Assembly (NCBI GenBank): GCA_028534125.1
Contig: CM052817.1
Span: forward strand, 15,750,001-15,814,000
DNA length: 64,000 bases
Reading direction: 5' to 3'
Origin: Lama glama
Lineage: Eukaryota
Part shown: positions 12,685 to 26,489 of the stretch, piece by piece
Layout of the letters: each line of letters begins with the position of its first letter
How positions within the stretch are numbered: the stretch's first letter is position 1
Notes under the pieces: generated by a model
The model's input: the letters and a program-made list of their open reading frames with translations, nothing else
The model's database searches: none
Told to the model about the DNA's origin: nothing
Program-made: the position numbers and the translations under genes

Positions 12685-12873
12685 CACTGATTCTTAAATT
12701 CTAGTATAAATACAGATTATCCAGGGTGCTTAGTAAAAATGCAAATTATTGGGGTTTATTCCAGCTGTATTTAAAACATTTGGAAGATAGGGTTCAATGC
12801 TCTTTATTTTTAACAAGCACACCCCAGGGATTCTGATACAGGTGGTCAAAAGACAATGTCTTTAAAAAGACTG
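12685..12873. mobile_element. MER5-like hAT MITE
   Basis: GCTTAGTAAAAATGCAAATT...TTTTAACAAGCACACCCCAGGGATTCTGATACAGGTGGTC. Confidence 0.6.
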
Positions 12874-13619
12874 TCTTAAAACGTAGGCCATTTTAAGCCG
12901 TGGGTCTCTGAAGAATACGAACTATAAAAGAGGCTATAAATTTCACTTTGCCAAGGAATCTTATTTTAGGAACAGACTAATGGGTGGGGCCTAATTTTCA
13001 CAAGTGGAGTCAATATCATCACAATCTGAAAGTCAACAGTAATTTATAACCTACAAAATATGGGAGGAATATTTTATAGCCCGAGGATGGATTCATTTTT
13101 TAAAGAACAAGAACACATTCTTAGTCTAAGAAGTAATCCTACATCTCTTGTTCCAAAAAGACAAGGCCAAAGGTGATGGCGTCTCTCAAAACTGAGAAAA
13201 GGTTTTTCAAGAACATAAGAAGTTAACATAACAAATGTGCTTACCAACTAGTCTGTATGTCAATCAAGGACAAACAGGAATAAAATGAACTTGGAGAGAT
13301 TTAAGTTAGATGGAAACAGAGACTAGGAAACACAGGGCTAGGTATGCATTTAGTTTAGTTTGCCTAAGAGTTTTCTCTGACTGTGTCTTGGATGATATAG
13401 AGAGTAGGTTAGGCAAAGAGATATCCTATGTTATTTATTGAACGTATTTCCTTTTCCTTACGTGCTCAGGTTTTAGCAAAGGACCTGGCAAAGAGTGGAC
13501 ACTCAGTGTTTCTGAAATGTAACTGAACAATTCATAGGCTCTATAACACACAGAGAGATCCTCTCCTACATGGACTATCCTCGTCTTCTTTTACCATATG
13601 CAATGCTCATCTTCCTATT

Positions 13620-14520
13620 TTCATCAGGGACATTCCCCTGAGCTTCAGATTCAAGTAGTCAATGACCTATTTGACCTCTTGGGTTGGATGTCCCCTAGGT
13701 ACTTCAAACTAAACCAGCATTACCCAAACCAAACTCTCTAGTTCCACCCTTTCTCCAGTGGGGCTTTCTGCACTGTATCAGTGAAATGGACCCCATCCAG
13801 CCAGTTACTAAAGACAAAGACTTCAGTGCCTTCTTTGCTTCTTCCTTCTTAGTTCCCTCCGTATACCCTGTTATCACTCATTAAGTTCTGTTGCTTTTTA
13901 CTTCCTAAATCTCTCTAATCTGTCTCCTTTACTACATCTCCCCTCAATGAAGCTGCCAGCATCTCTTTGTGGATGAGTATAATGGCCTTGTAATTTGATC
14001 CTGTGTCTGGGTTCACCCTCTTCCAATCTATTCTTTCACTTGAGTCAGAACAGTCTTTGCTATGGGAACAGGAATCCAATCATGCCAATTACTAGCAAAA
14101 CTATTTCAGTAGTTTCTCATAACATTTAAGGAAAGACCTAAATCATTAATGGGACCTACTGGGCCCTTCGGGGTCTGGACCTGTTGTCATTTCAGCTTCA
14201 GCTCCCACATCCTGTTCTTTCCTTTCCTCTATTTCCAGCCACATTGATTTTCTATCTTTCCCTAGTATATACTGTGATCCTTCCTTTCCTAAGGTTTTGG
14301 CATAAGCTGTTCCTCTGCTACTTGGAACATCCTTCCCACACTGCCTCTCCTTCCCTCCACTGACATAGACAGGCTGTCTAGAATTACACTGGACACAACA
14401 ATCACTTCCTTTCTGAGACTTGAGATAAGGGCAGTATTCCTATTATAAGGTGCTCTTACGGAACACTCAACTTCTCTTTCGTAGTTCTGTGCCCAATTGT
14501 AAGGAAGTCATTATTTATTC
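13620..14520 (+). mobile_element. L2 fragment (5' portion, interrupted by the L1)
   Basis: Pyrimidine-rich L2-like motifs (TTGGATGTCCCCTAGGTACTTCAAACT; CATAAGCTGTTCCTCTGC); boundaries approximate. Confidence 0.6.
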
Positions 14521-14537
14521 ATTGTTTTTCAATATTC

Positions 14538-17500
14538 TTTTTTATTGAAGTATAGTTGATTTACAATGTCGTGTCAGTTTCAGGTATATGGCAAAGCGAT
14601 TCAGCTATATGTGTATGTATATATCTATATATACACACACACACGTATATATTTCTTCTTTTTCAGATTCTTTTCCATTATAGGTTATTACAAGATATTG
14701 AATATAGTTCCCTGTGCTATACAGTAGGTCCTTGTTGGTTAGCTATTTTATATATAGTAGTATGTATTTGTTAATCCCAAACTCCTAACTTATCCCTCCC
14801 TGCCTTTCCCCTTTGGTAACCATAAATTTGTTTTCTATGTCTGTCAATCTGTTTCTATTTTTAAATAATTTCATTTGTGTCATATTTTTAGATTCCACGT
14901 ATAAGCAATATCATATATTTGTCTTTCTCTATCTGACTTAATTCACTTACTATGATAATCTCTATGTCCATCCATGTTGCTGCAATGGCATTATTTCATT
15001 CTTTTTGTATGGCTGAGTAACATTCTATTGTATATATATATAACACATCTTCTTTATCCATTCATCTATCGATGGACATCTAGGCTACTTCCATGTCTTG
15101 GCTATTGCAAACAGTGCTGCCATGAACATTGGGGCGCATGTATCTTTTTGAATTATAGTTTTCTCAAGATATATGTCCAAGAGTGGGATTGCTGGATCAT
15201 ATGGTAACCATTTTTAGTTTTTATGGAAACTTCATACTGTTCTCCATAGTGACTCCATCAATTTACATTCCCACTAACAGTGTAGGAGGGTTCCCTTTTC
15301 TCCACACTCTGTCCAGCATTTATTGTTTGTGAATTTTTTTTTTAACAATGGCCATTCTGAGTGGTGTAATGTGATAACTCATTGTGGTTTTGATTTGCAT
15401 CTCTAATAATTAGTGATCTTACATTTAGGTCTTTAATCCATTTGAGTTTATTTTTGTATATGAAGTTAGAGAATGTTCTATCTTTTACATGTAGCTATCC
15501 AGTTTTCCCAGCCCCACTTATTAAAGAGACTCGTTTTTCTCTGTTGTATAGTCTTTCTTCCTTTGTCATAGATCAATTGACCACAAATGTGTAGATTTAC
15601 TTCTGGGCTTTCTATCCTGTTCCATTGATCTGTATTTCTGTGTTTGCGCCATTATCATATTGTTTTGTTTATTGTAGCTTTGTAGTATAGTCTAAAGTCA
15701 GGGCGCATGATTTCTCCAGCTCCCTTCTTCTTTCTCAAGATTGTTTTGGTTATTTGGGGTGTTCTGTGTTTCCACACAAAGTTTCAACATTTTTTGTTCT
15801 AGTTCTGTGAAAAATGCCTTTGGTAATTTGATAGAAATTGCACTGAATCTGTAGGATGCCTTAGGTAGTATGACCCTTTAATAATATTGATTCTTCCAAT
15901 CCAAGAACACAGTGTATCTTTCTATCTGCTTGTGTCATCTCTAATTTCTTTCATCAGTGTCATCGTTTTCAGAATACAGGTCTTTTGTCTCTTTAGGGAG
16001 GTTTATTTCTAGGTATTTTATTCTTTTTGATGTGATGGTAAATGGGGTTGTTTACTTAATTTCTCTTTCTGATATTTCATTGTTAGTATATAGAAATGCA
16101 ACAGACTTCTGTGTATTAATTTTGTGACCTGCCACTTTACTGAGTTCACTGATGAGCTCTACCAGTTTTCTGGTAGCGTCTAGAATTTTCTATGTATAGT
16201 ATCATGTCATCTGCAAACAGCGACAGTTTTACCATTTATTTTCCAATTTGGATTCTTTTTATTCCTTTTTCTTCTCTGATTTCTGTGGCTAGGACTCCCA
16301 AAACTATGTTGAATAAAAGTGGCAAGATTCCTTATCTTGTTCCTGATCTCCAAGGAAATACTTTCAGCTTTTTCCTATTGAGTATGATGTTAGCTGTGGA
16401 TTTGTCATATATGGCCTTTATTACGGTGAGGTATGTTCCCTCTATGCTCACATTCTTGAGAGGTTTTTATCATAAATAGATGTTGAGTTTTATTAAAAGC
16501 ATTCTCTGCATCTATTGAGATGATCATATAGGTTTTATTCCTCAGTTTGTTAATGTGGTGTGTCACCCTGACTGATTCACGGATATTGAAAAATCCTTGC
16601 ATCCCTGGCAGAGTAAATCCCACTTGATCGTGGTGTATGATCCCTTCAATGCCTTGATGGAGTCGATTTGCTAGTATCTTGCTGAGGACTTTGCATCTGT
16701 GTTCATCAGTGATCCTGGTCTGTTCTTTTTTTTGTGGTATCCTTGGTTTTGGTATTGGGGTGATGGTGGCCTCATAAAATGAGTCAGAAGTGTTTCTTCC
16801 TCTGCACTGTTTTGGAACAGTTTCAGAAGGTTAAGGATTAACTCTTCTCTATATGTTTGGTAGGATTTGCCTGTGAAGCTATCTGATCCTGGGCTTTTGT
16901 TTGTTGGATATTTTTTAATTACTGACTCAATCTCAGTACTGGTAACTAGTCTGGTCATACTTTCTGTTTCTTCCTGGTTCAGTCTTGGAAGATTGTGCCT
17001 TTCTAAGAATTTGTCTCTCTCCTCTCAGTTGCACGTTTTATTGGCATACAGTTGTTCAGGGTAGTCTCCTATGGTCCTCTGCATTTCTGTAGTGTTGGTT
17101 GTAACTTCTATTTTTTTCATTTCTGATTTTCTTGATTTGGGGCCTCTCCCTTTTTTTCTTGATGAGTCAGGCTAAAGGTTTAGCAATTTGCTCATCTTTT
17201 CAGAAAAATCAGCTTTTAGTTTCATTGATTTTTTTTCTATTGTTTTTTGACTTTTTTGTTTGTTTTGGTCTCTTTTATTTGCTTCTGCTCTGATCTGTAT
17301 GATTTATTTCCTTCTACTAACTTTGGGTTTCATTTGTTCTTCTTTCTCTAGTTGCTTTAGGTGTAAGGTGAGGTTGTTTATTTGAGGTTTTTTTCTTGTT
17401 TCATGAGGTAAGCTTGTATCGCTATAAACTTCCCTCTTAGAACTGCTTTTGCTGCATCCCATAGATTTTGGATCATCCTGTTCTTATTTTCATTTGTCTC

Positions 17501-19290
17501 TATTTTTTGATTTCCTCTTTGACATCTTCAGTCATCCATTGGTTGTTTATTAGCATATTATTCAGCCTCATGTTTGTGCTTTTTGCAGTTTTTTTTTCTT
17601 GTTGATTTCTAATCTCATAGTGCTGTGATCAGAAAAGCTTGATATGATTTCAATTCACTTAAATTTACCAGGGCTTGCTTTATGGTCCAGCACATGATCT
17701 ATCCTGGAGAATAATCCATGTGTACTTGAAAATAATATCTATACTGCTGCTTTCAGATGGAATGCTTTTTTCCATCCTCTCATTTTCAATCTGTATGTGT
17801 CTCTAGATATGAAGTGGGTCTCTTGTAGACAGCATATATATGGGTCTTGTTTTTGTATCCATTTAGCCAGTCTATGTCTTTTGGTTGGAGCATTTAGTCC
17901 ATTTAAATTTAAGGTAATTGTCTATAGGTATGTTCTTATTGCCATTTTGTTAACTGTTTTGGATTTCTGTAGGTCTTTTGCTCCCCATCCTTATTTTGGT
18001 CTCTTCTTTTGCGATTTGATGACTAGCTTTAGTGTTATGTTTGGATTCCTTTTTCTTTTCTGTGTGCATATCTATTATAGATTTTTTGATTTGTGGTTCC
18101 CATGAGGTTTTGGTATAGCAACCTATATATATATATATATATGTGTGTGATTGCTTTAAGTTGATGATCTCTTAATTTCAAATGCATTTTAAGTACCCTA
18201 CATTTGTACTCTCCTCCCAATTATTGGTTTTGATATTATATTTTACATCTAATTGTGTTATGTATCCCTTAACTGCTTATTGTGGATACAGATGATTTTA
18301 CTACTTTTGTTTTTTAACCTCCTGATTAGTTTGTGTATGGATGATCCCCTACCTTTGCTGTATGTTTGCCTTTACTGATGAGCTTTTCCATTTCGTAAGA
18401 GTCTTGTTGCTGGTTGTAGCCTTTTCTACCTAGACAAGTTCCTCTGGCATTTGTTATAAAGCTAGTTTTGTGGTGCTGAATTCTTTTAGCTTTTGCTTGT
18501 CTGAAAGCTCTTGATTTCTCCATCAAATCTGAATGACAGCCTTGTAGGGTAGAGAATTCTTGATTGTAGGTTTTTCCCTTCTATCACTTTAAATATATCA
18601 TGCCACTCCCTTCTGGCCTGCAGAGTTTCTGCTGAAAAACCAGCTGATATCCTTATGGGGGTTCCCTTGTATGTTACTTGTTGCTTTTCTCTTGTTGCTT
18701 TTAATATTGTCTCTTTATCTTTAATTTTTGTCAATTTGATTACTATGCGTCTTGGTGCATTCCTCTTTGGGTTAATCCTGTATAGGACTCTCTGTACTCA
18801 CTGGACTTGGGTGACTGCTTCCTTTCCCAGGTTAGGAAAGTTTTCAGCTATTATCTCTTCAAATATTTCCTCAGGCCCTTTCTCTCTCTCTCCTCCCTCT
18901 GTGACACCTATAATGTGATTGTTAGTGCACTTGGTGTTGTCTCAGAAGTCTCTTAAACTGTCTTCATTTCTTTTCATTCTTTTTTCTTTATTCTGTTCTG
19001 CAACAGTGATTTCCACTACTCTGTCTTCCAGCTCACTGATCCATTTTTCTACCTCATTTATTCTACTGTTGATTCCTTCTAGCATATTTTTCATTTCAGT
19101 TATTGTATTCTTCAACTCTGTTTGGTTTTTCTTTACATTTTCTAACTCTTCATTAAAAACTTCTAACTTCTTGCTCTGTGCATCTGTTCTCCTGAGTTCT
19201 TGGATCACCTTTACAATTACTCTGAACTCTTTCTCAGGTAGATTGCCTATCTCCACTTCACTTAGTTGTTCTTCTGGGGTTTCGTCTTAT
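14538..19290 (-). mobile_element. Decayed 5'-truncated LINE-1: ORF1 remnant, long inter-ORF spacer, ORF2 remnant, 3' UTR
   Basis: ORF1 fragments 18942-19256 (NLPEKEFRVIVK..., coiled coil) and 18486-18734 (YKGTPIRISA...ARREW); ORF2 RT fragments 16405-16958 (KSPGSDSFT, IISIDAENAF); many frameshifts. Confidence 0.95.
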
Positions 19291-19302
19291 TTCTCCATAT
19301 TC

Positions 19303-19440
19303 ATTACTTAATGTCTATCTCCCCCTACAATGAAAACTTCATGAAAGCAGAGACCATATAAGTCCTATTGGCTATTATATTTTAAGGGTCCCTGAAACAC
19401 AGGAGTCTTCTTATTGAATATTTGTAGAAGTATCAATCAA
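19303..19440 (+). mobile_element. L2 3' end (continuation after the L1)
   Basis: TGTCTATCTCCCCCTACAATGAAAACTTCATGAAAGCAGAGACC...AATATTTGTAGAA resembles the L2 3' terminus. Confidence 0.6.
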
Positions 19441-22400
19441 TTGCCAATCAAATACTTAATGTCACACCCTTCATCACATCAAAGATGCCTAAGTGTGGCC
19501 TTTACTCTCTGAGACTCTCTAAGACAATGGAGAATGAAAATCAGGTTTGGTGCTTTTTCACAGGAAAAATCTTGCCCCCGTAGCTCAGCTGACTGTACGA
19601 AAAAGTATCTATGATTTGGTTTTGCAGGTTTGGTTTTGTAAGAAGTATGGGGTAACTACTTGTTTGCAGGACTCTCACTTTTCTTACTCTGCTGAAAGAC
19701 TTGGTAAAACACAATACTTCTGAAAATGGCCACTGAACCTAAATAACTGACCAGATGAAGTACAGTAAGCAGAGGAGGCTGCCTGATTCACTTCCATGTA
19801 GATTGTATATCTCAATTTAAGGTAGTAATTGTGTTGTTTCAGAGCACCCAGCACATCCTGGAGGTCAATAAATATAAATGGAGAGTAAGGCTCATCCTGG
19901 AGCACTGCTGTACACTTGAGCAAGGGAATCATAACACCGCATTCCATTCTATTTACGCAGTGTGCTCTAGCCAAACAGCCAAATGTGATGGGACTGTTAT
20001 CTAAACTTCCTGGCGCCTGCTTGCATGACTGTTATGTATTTTCTTTTTTTAATGAGCATTTTTCAGAAGGTTACTACTGTGTGAAGGCAAAGGAGGAGGA
20101 AATGCAGAAGGGAGAGAAAGAAATTGAACCATCACAAAGAAATTGTTCAACTACTGTTATGGGAATACACACAGCCTATGTTCGTATTCAAGGAAATTCA
20201 GAGTTAAAGCGAAATCGACCATATGCATGCCCATATGCAGACATATTGGGATAGTCTCTGAATTGCTTCTTTATACAAAATGGTATGCAGTAATCCCACA
20301 AAGAAGATAAACCAGAGGACCTTTTATATCCAATACTGATACATTCTGCAGTAAAAAGAAGATACAACCTAGACAGGAAAGACAGAAATCCAAAGAGCTG
20401 GTCCATAATCACTTAAATCACCTAGCTGACTATCATCTCCTTTTATGCAACATAGGACTGGGACCACGTCTTGCTACCTTACAAAGATCAGAGATTGAAT
20501 AGATGTAGAAATTCTCATTTAAGAAAATAATTATAGTGCCTGGTTTTCCTAGAGCTAAAAATGAAGCTAACAGGCATCTAAAGTCTAAAAAGCAAAGACA
20601 AAAATCTTTCCAAGACTGGCCAAAATGTCTAGCAAAGAACCGATTATTTTTAACATGTTGCAGTTTTATTAGGCAGATTAATAGATTCCATATCTTTAAA
20701 AAACCTTAACATTTGCAGCCAATTTTTCAAGACATTAATTTCTAAACAGGAGATGAAAGGAAAAGAAATCAAAATGCTTAATAACATTTCCAACTTCTTA
20801 AAGGCTTGGAGGAACTCTAAACCTTTGGAAAAGTCTCCTTGAAAAATGATTTTCAGACCAGTTTTCACTGTCGAGGAGGATGGAACATTTATCAAGTATC
20901 TTTTGGCTTCAATTTTCACAAAAGCTAGTTTGCTGATGGGGTGGATAATAAAATTGAAGATTTATGTTGCATTAACAGGTATGGTAAATCCTCATTATAT
21001 CAAAACACAGGGGATTAAATAAAGGGAAAAAAAACCTGACTGAATTAACTGACTTTGCATTATCAAAATCTTTATCAAAAGAGTACAGAGCCTTCCAGTT
21101 AGCTGGGGAAAACATACAATGGTTGTTTCTCATCAAGAAATAAGCTATGCCTGGTAAAAGGGGTTTGACTAAGAAGAAAAGGAAACTAGCAGGGAAATGA
21201 ACATTTACTGAATTCTAATATACGCCAAGGACTGTGCTGGATGCTTTTTCGTGGGTTACCTCACTAAAATGCTCTGCAGTGCTAGGTAACAACAAGGAAC
21301 AGCCTGAGATAATTTGGATTTTGGTTCTCAGAACTTTTAGTATACATTTCCCAAGTCAGGATAATGTAAAAAGTTCTCTTCCTATGCTAAGGAAACTGCA
21401 ATGAAAGATTTATGTTCATTTCCAGATTAATTGCAGCCTAACTTCCTCAAAAATTCCAAGTATATGACATAAAGTATAGATGATACGAATGGATCAAAGC
21501 CAGGCTACTTCTAGAGAGGGTGGTACAGCTAGGTCCTCTATCTAAAATGTAAAGTGAAAGGAGTGAATGGCCATAAAAGGTGTGGATGGACAGAGAAACA
21601 AAGGCCAAAACGCTGTCAAAAATGCCAAAACAAAAGCTTTTCCTTTTTTCTCTTGTCTTTAATATTAATTACACTCATCTGATGCAGGAGGTGTTCAATA
21701 AGTGCCTGCTACTAGGGGAGCACTCTCAGGGGAGAAACAAAACTATAGCATCCAGTTTACCAACATTACCTCCATCCAAGTTCTACTGAGAAATACTTTT
21801 TACTGTCTAAGGTTGGATACATGTGCATAAATCCAGGCTAGTCTACTTAAGAGCTAATACACAAATAAAAGCTAAGATGCAAGTAAACACAGTGATGTCA
21901 GAAAACATGAAAACTATAGACTGAGTGTATGTGTAACCACTTTTCCTAAAACTGAAAAATTTCTAAGAAGTGAGTTTAGACTCCTAATATAACATATTCA
22001 CCCATATGAAGAGCTCTTGAAAAAGGCTTGAATAGAAAATTTTATTTTCTCTGAAAAGAATAACTGAGAAATTACACATTTATTTTTTTCATTTGGAAGA
22101 AGCTGATCATCATCAGTGACGATGCACTGTTTCTGGCTCCTGGGCTGCACACTGACCCTCGGAGAAGAGAAAAGAAATGGCGCAGTCATCGCCCAAGCAC
22201 ATCTGGTTTCGGTTTTAAGCACTGAGCCATTTCATAATGTCTAGATTTGCCCTTTAAATTAACATCCCATTATCATGTTTTCTGGCAGGAAACTGTAGAG
22301 ATTGCAAATGAAGTTGGACTTAGAACTCCACGAGAAATTAGAACACTGACAGTTTAGACATTAAGTACTAAACTCTGGCTTGCAGAGTTCCAATATAACC

Positions 22401-23329
22401 TGAATTATTTCAGGCCTACAAGACTGAGATAAGCAGAGGGTGAACTGGTTTTTGAGAGTGTAGGGATGGAAACTGGAGGAAAGAAGCAACTTAAACAATG
22501 GCAAGATTCAACCACAACACGTGAGTCTGTGTTAGTAATTACTAATGAGTATTCTCTTCTTAACTCTGATGTGACGCACTGAAGTTGGTCTGAATAAAGA
22601 CTTTTAGAGGCATAAACAATAAAAAGTTTATAGATGGCCTAAACCATCTCCTTCTTATGAAATTAAAAAGAATTATAATAAATAATACTACAATAATAAG
22701 AGTAAGGTGGCAAAGATGACAAATTTTGTAAAATATCATTACATGATTTTAACATTTTTTTTTTCATTTCCTTTTGGAGCCTTTCATTTCCTTTTGCTGG
22801 TCTTCTAATTATGTGATTGATTTGAATTAATGAATCATCCAGCCCCACACTCACAATATTCCATATGTAATTTGCTACCGATTCATGACTTTAAGGATGT
22901 CTCAGCAAACTGGATGGAAATCGCCTTCCCGGCGACTTGGGCAAACTGTCCTAAGTTCTTCTAGCTGTTCCACGAATGACTTTTCAAGCCAATCTAGTCA
23001 AATAAGTCAAAAAGCATTGCCTGACTCTCCTTGCCCAAGTCCATAAAAATATACTTCAGAAACACATTATGGTACAAAAAAGCAGATCATTTTGAGGGAG
23101 ATCAATCAGAAAAACTTCCCATGGGGAATCTCATTAAACAGTTCTACTATGCCTTCCAGATAGTCTTCAAAATATTACGACTTACAAGACCCTTTAAGGA
23201 TCTGGAACCCTCCAGATTTATTTTCTGCCACTGCTGTAGCCCAGTGTTCTAATTAAATGACTAGCAGTTTCCCAACACACCTTGATCTTTTCCAGAGATT
23301 TAGTATGAGCTAAAGTCTCTGCCTGGAAG

Positions 23330-23622
23330 ACTAATTCCCAATGAAAATATAAAACACCATATACAACTTTTAAATTTTCTGAGGCACATTTTAAAAAGTA
23401 AAAAGAAACAAACTGAATTTTAATAATATATTTTACTTGACTCAATATAGCCAAAATATTATTGTTTTAATTTGTCATTGATACAAAATATTACTGAAGT
23501 ATTTAACATTCTTTTTTGGTACTGTCTTCAAAATCTAATCCTCTTAGAGTGCATTTAAATTTTGGACTGGCTGAACTAGCCTTGCAGCTAATGGCTACCG
23601 TACTGGATCGCACAGGTGTAGA
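23330..23622. mobile_element. MER33/MER3-like hAT element
   Basis: AT-rich CACATTTTAAAAAGTAAAAAGAAACA...AATATATTTTACTTGACTCAATAT...GCTAATGGCTACCGTACTGGATCGCACAG. Confidence 0.65.
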
Positions 23623-26121
23623 AAACCTTTGTCCTTCCCTCCCTTTAAGTTTCAAATCGATCTCATCCTCTGCAGGGATGCCCTCCCTCATTCCCAGGGA
23701 TGGGTTCCCACTCATATGCCACCTCAGTACCTTAGATGAATCCATTACAATAGCAATTAACACATCCTATTGCTTCTTTGTGTATCTTTATTAGCCAGTA
23801 GACTTGAAGTTCCCTGGATGTGGGGACTAGGTCTTACCTAATTTTCTATCCCAAGCACCTAGCAAATGTTTGCACTTAAGGTCATGCGTTTTCACTTCTG
23901 TTAAGCAGAAATAGTATACAATTATCCAAGTGGAAGTTGGTTTAACAGTAAGTCCCAAATGTTTATATTATGCTCTTACTACCTATGAGTAAAGTAAACA
24001 ATCTCTATGCCTAGTTTTCTTTTTTTAATCTGATTTAAAAAAAATAAAAATCTCAAAGCCAAAACTCTCACAAATATCTAGTTAATTTATAATAATTTAA
24101 AATAAGACAAGTTGACATTTGCACTAAGCTATCTTTCAAAGGATAAAGACTGTCCTAGTCAAAGAATTAACTAAGGAACTGGTCAACATTTGTGACACAA
24201 AGGAAAGGCAGAGTGTATCTGCTTCTAAACCAGAGCAAGTGACCGCAAGAGTGCCTTTGGCTCAGGCATCAATTGTAGAATGTAGACCAGTCTCACTATT
24301 TGATCTATTTGGAAAAAGCCTAACTAGCAAAAAGACTCCTTTCTTCACTCTAGTAAGTATCTAGCACCAAATCATCTTTGGAAGGAATGGAATAAGGATA
24401 TGTCATTTCTCTACATTTATCTACGCAGCTTTGGTCATAGCTGTGTTATATTTTGTTCAAATGAGCAGATATGTGATAAATCAATTTCTCTCTTTAGTGT
24501 CACTCTTTTGAAAAGACACATGAAGATTTTTTTATCAAATATGAATTTGAAAACACTAAAATAACTGTTTTCTATATGTTTACTCAACATGATTCTCTTT
24601 TGTAAAGATTAATAGCAATGCGCCACGTCACAAGGCTTTGTAAACTATGTGGCGTTCTATCAACATGAGTTATTGTAATTACTGAATAGGCTATTAATTA
24701 AAAACAGCAACATTAGAAAAATTGAATTTTCAATTTCATTAGTCTTTTTAAGTGTTAACTAATGATACTCTGGCAGACCTTAATATCACAGCTCATTTGA
24801 AAGTTGAGAAAAATGAGGAAAAGTGTTATAATTTGCACAAGGCCTTTGGTTCGGTCTTACATAGATTCAAAGTTAAACAGCAGCAAAACCTAGACCTTTA
24901 GCCTAAGTATTCAATTACTCCTCCCTTCCTTCTCCTTGAGTGCCTGAGTTACCAAGCCTCTCAGTTAACCTTTTTCCTCCAGCTGATAAGTGTTGCCAAT
25001 GCTTAATTTTGACTCCATTAGTCAGCTCATTTATGTAGGTTTTTCAAGATTTTGTTGATGGTCATGGTTTGTCTTAAAGGTACCATGGAAATCTAAACTT
25101 TAGAGTTAAAAATCATTTCCCTAAGCCCTGGTTAGCTTATAGGCAAGATGCATGAAAGGCTATCTTCACTCAAATGACTCTGAACAGCTAGCACAGACAG
25201 ACAGCAGCTGCAATGTACAAAAACAGTGCCATTTCTGATGGATTGGTCATGGCTCCCCGGAGCACCATATTGGGAAAGTCCTTAAGGCTCTCTGGGGGCA
25301 CAGTTGGAAAGAATTCTCTAATTAATTAGGAATCTTTGCCTTGGACAAGTACTGGGCTAACATTTGGAGGGTCTCATTTTTATCTTCTAAGGTCTGACCA
25401 ACAGAGAATAAACTAGAGTCACCTAACCTGGAGCCCTACCCTAAATGGTCAGTCCTCTTGATATGTCAAGTTAATGCAATACCCTGTGGTAAGTGGTGCT
25501 GAAATCCATAATAGGTTACTTAAAAGTGATTCATAAGAAATGTGGATGCTGGGTTGAACCAGCACAAGGAAGAAATGATGACATTCTTAGCAAATCTTTC
25601 TCTACTGCCTCCTTTAAATCTAACTTGAACCCAGTCTCCTCATGGACAATCCAATCTTTATGCCTGCCAGAAAGACAAAAACTGAAACCAAACAGGGATA
25701 TCTACTCATTTTCTACTCAGAGAAAAAAATCAGCAGAGAATATTAAGAAAAACTCATCCTCTGGCCCCATGGGACCAGTTATCTGACTGAATAAATCTCC
25801 CCTCCCACCATTTTTAGAAACAAAAGTCAAAAAACAGCAATGAGCTTCAAGATGAATAAGAAATAAGTAGTATGAATGAGAAATACACTGACCTAACATT
25901 TTGTTTTCCAATAATCTGCGTTAAGAGGGATTGAGGACTCACTGACGCTTTAAAGCCAAAAGGCCAAATATGGCATATTCTAATAGAGTCTTTATTTTAG
26001 TTTCTAATCTACCCCCCAAAAAAGACAGAAGGAAAAAGAAAAAGAAAAGAAAGAAGAAAAAAAAAAAAAAAGAAAGAAAGAAACCCTCCTGTAAAATGAA
26101 AGTTAGCTCCAAGCTGCTTAC

Positions 26122-26242
26122 AATTGCCTTCTGCCTCTGCCTCTCCCTTTGTTTGGCCCTTTCAGACTCCCGTTTCTCATACTCTTTGCGGTATTCTTCC
26201 CTCTTCAGCCTCTCGTGCTGATACTCCTCGTAGCTGTCATAC
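26122..26242 (-). CDS. PPARGC1A: PPARGC1A exon 10 (121 bp)
   Basis: Translates YDSYEEYQHERLKREEYRKEYEKRESERAKQRERQRQKAI; acceptor TTTCTCAG, donor GTAAGC. Confidence 0.98.
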
Positions 26243-26384
26243 CTGAGAAACATAACTTCATCATTAAGTCAACCACCTCCATTTACACGAGCAAAACTTA
26301 TCACAAACTGGGGAGGGGGCGGGGTTTTAGAAAACATCTGGTCATCCATGAGGAGGGGAGGGGCGGAGCGGGAGGCACCATTAC

Positions 26385-26489
26385 CTGGGCCGCCGGCTGC
26401 AGGGCGATCTTGAACGTGACCTTGCGCACAGCGGAGAATTTCGGTGCGTTGGGTGTCTGCAGTGTCCTGCCTCATAGTAGTAGCCAGAT
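26385..26489 (-). CDS. PPARGC1A: PPARGC1A exon 9 (105 bp), RS region
   Basis: Translates SGYYYEAGHCRHPTHRNSPLCARSRSRSPCSRRPR; acceptor CTCCCAG, donor GTAATG; frame fits exons 8 and 10. Confidence 0.96.

Noticed and set aside
16192..19311. L1-derived ORFs as an active element or new genes
   Set aside because: ORF1 and ORF2 are fragmented by frameshifts and deletions and the 5' UTR is missing; plus-strand ORFs are antisense L1.
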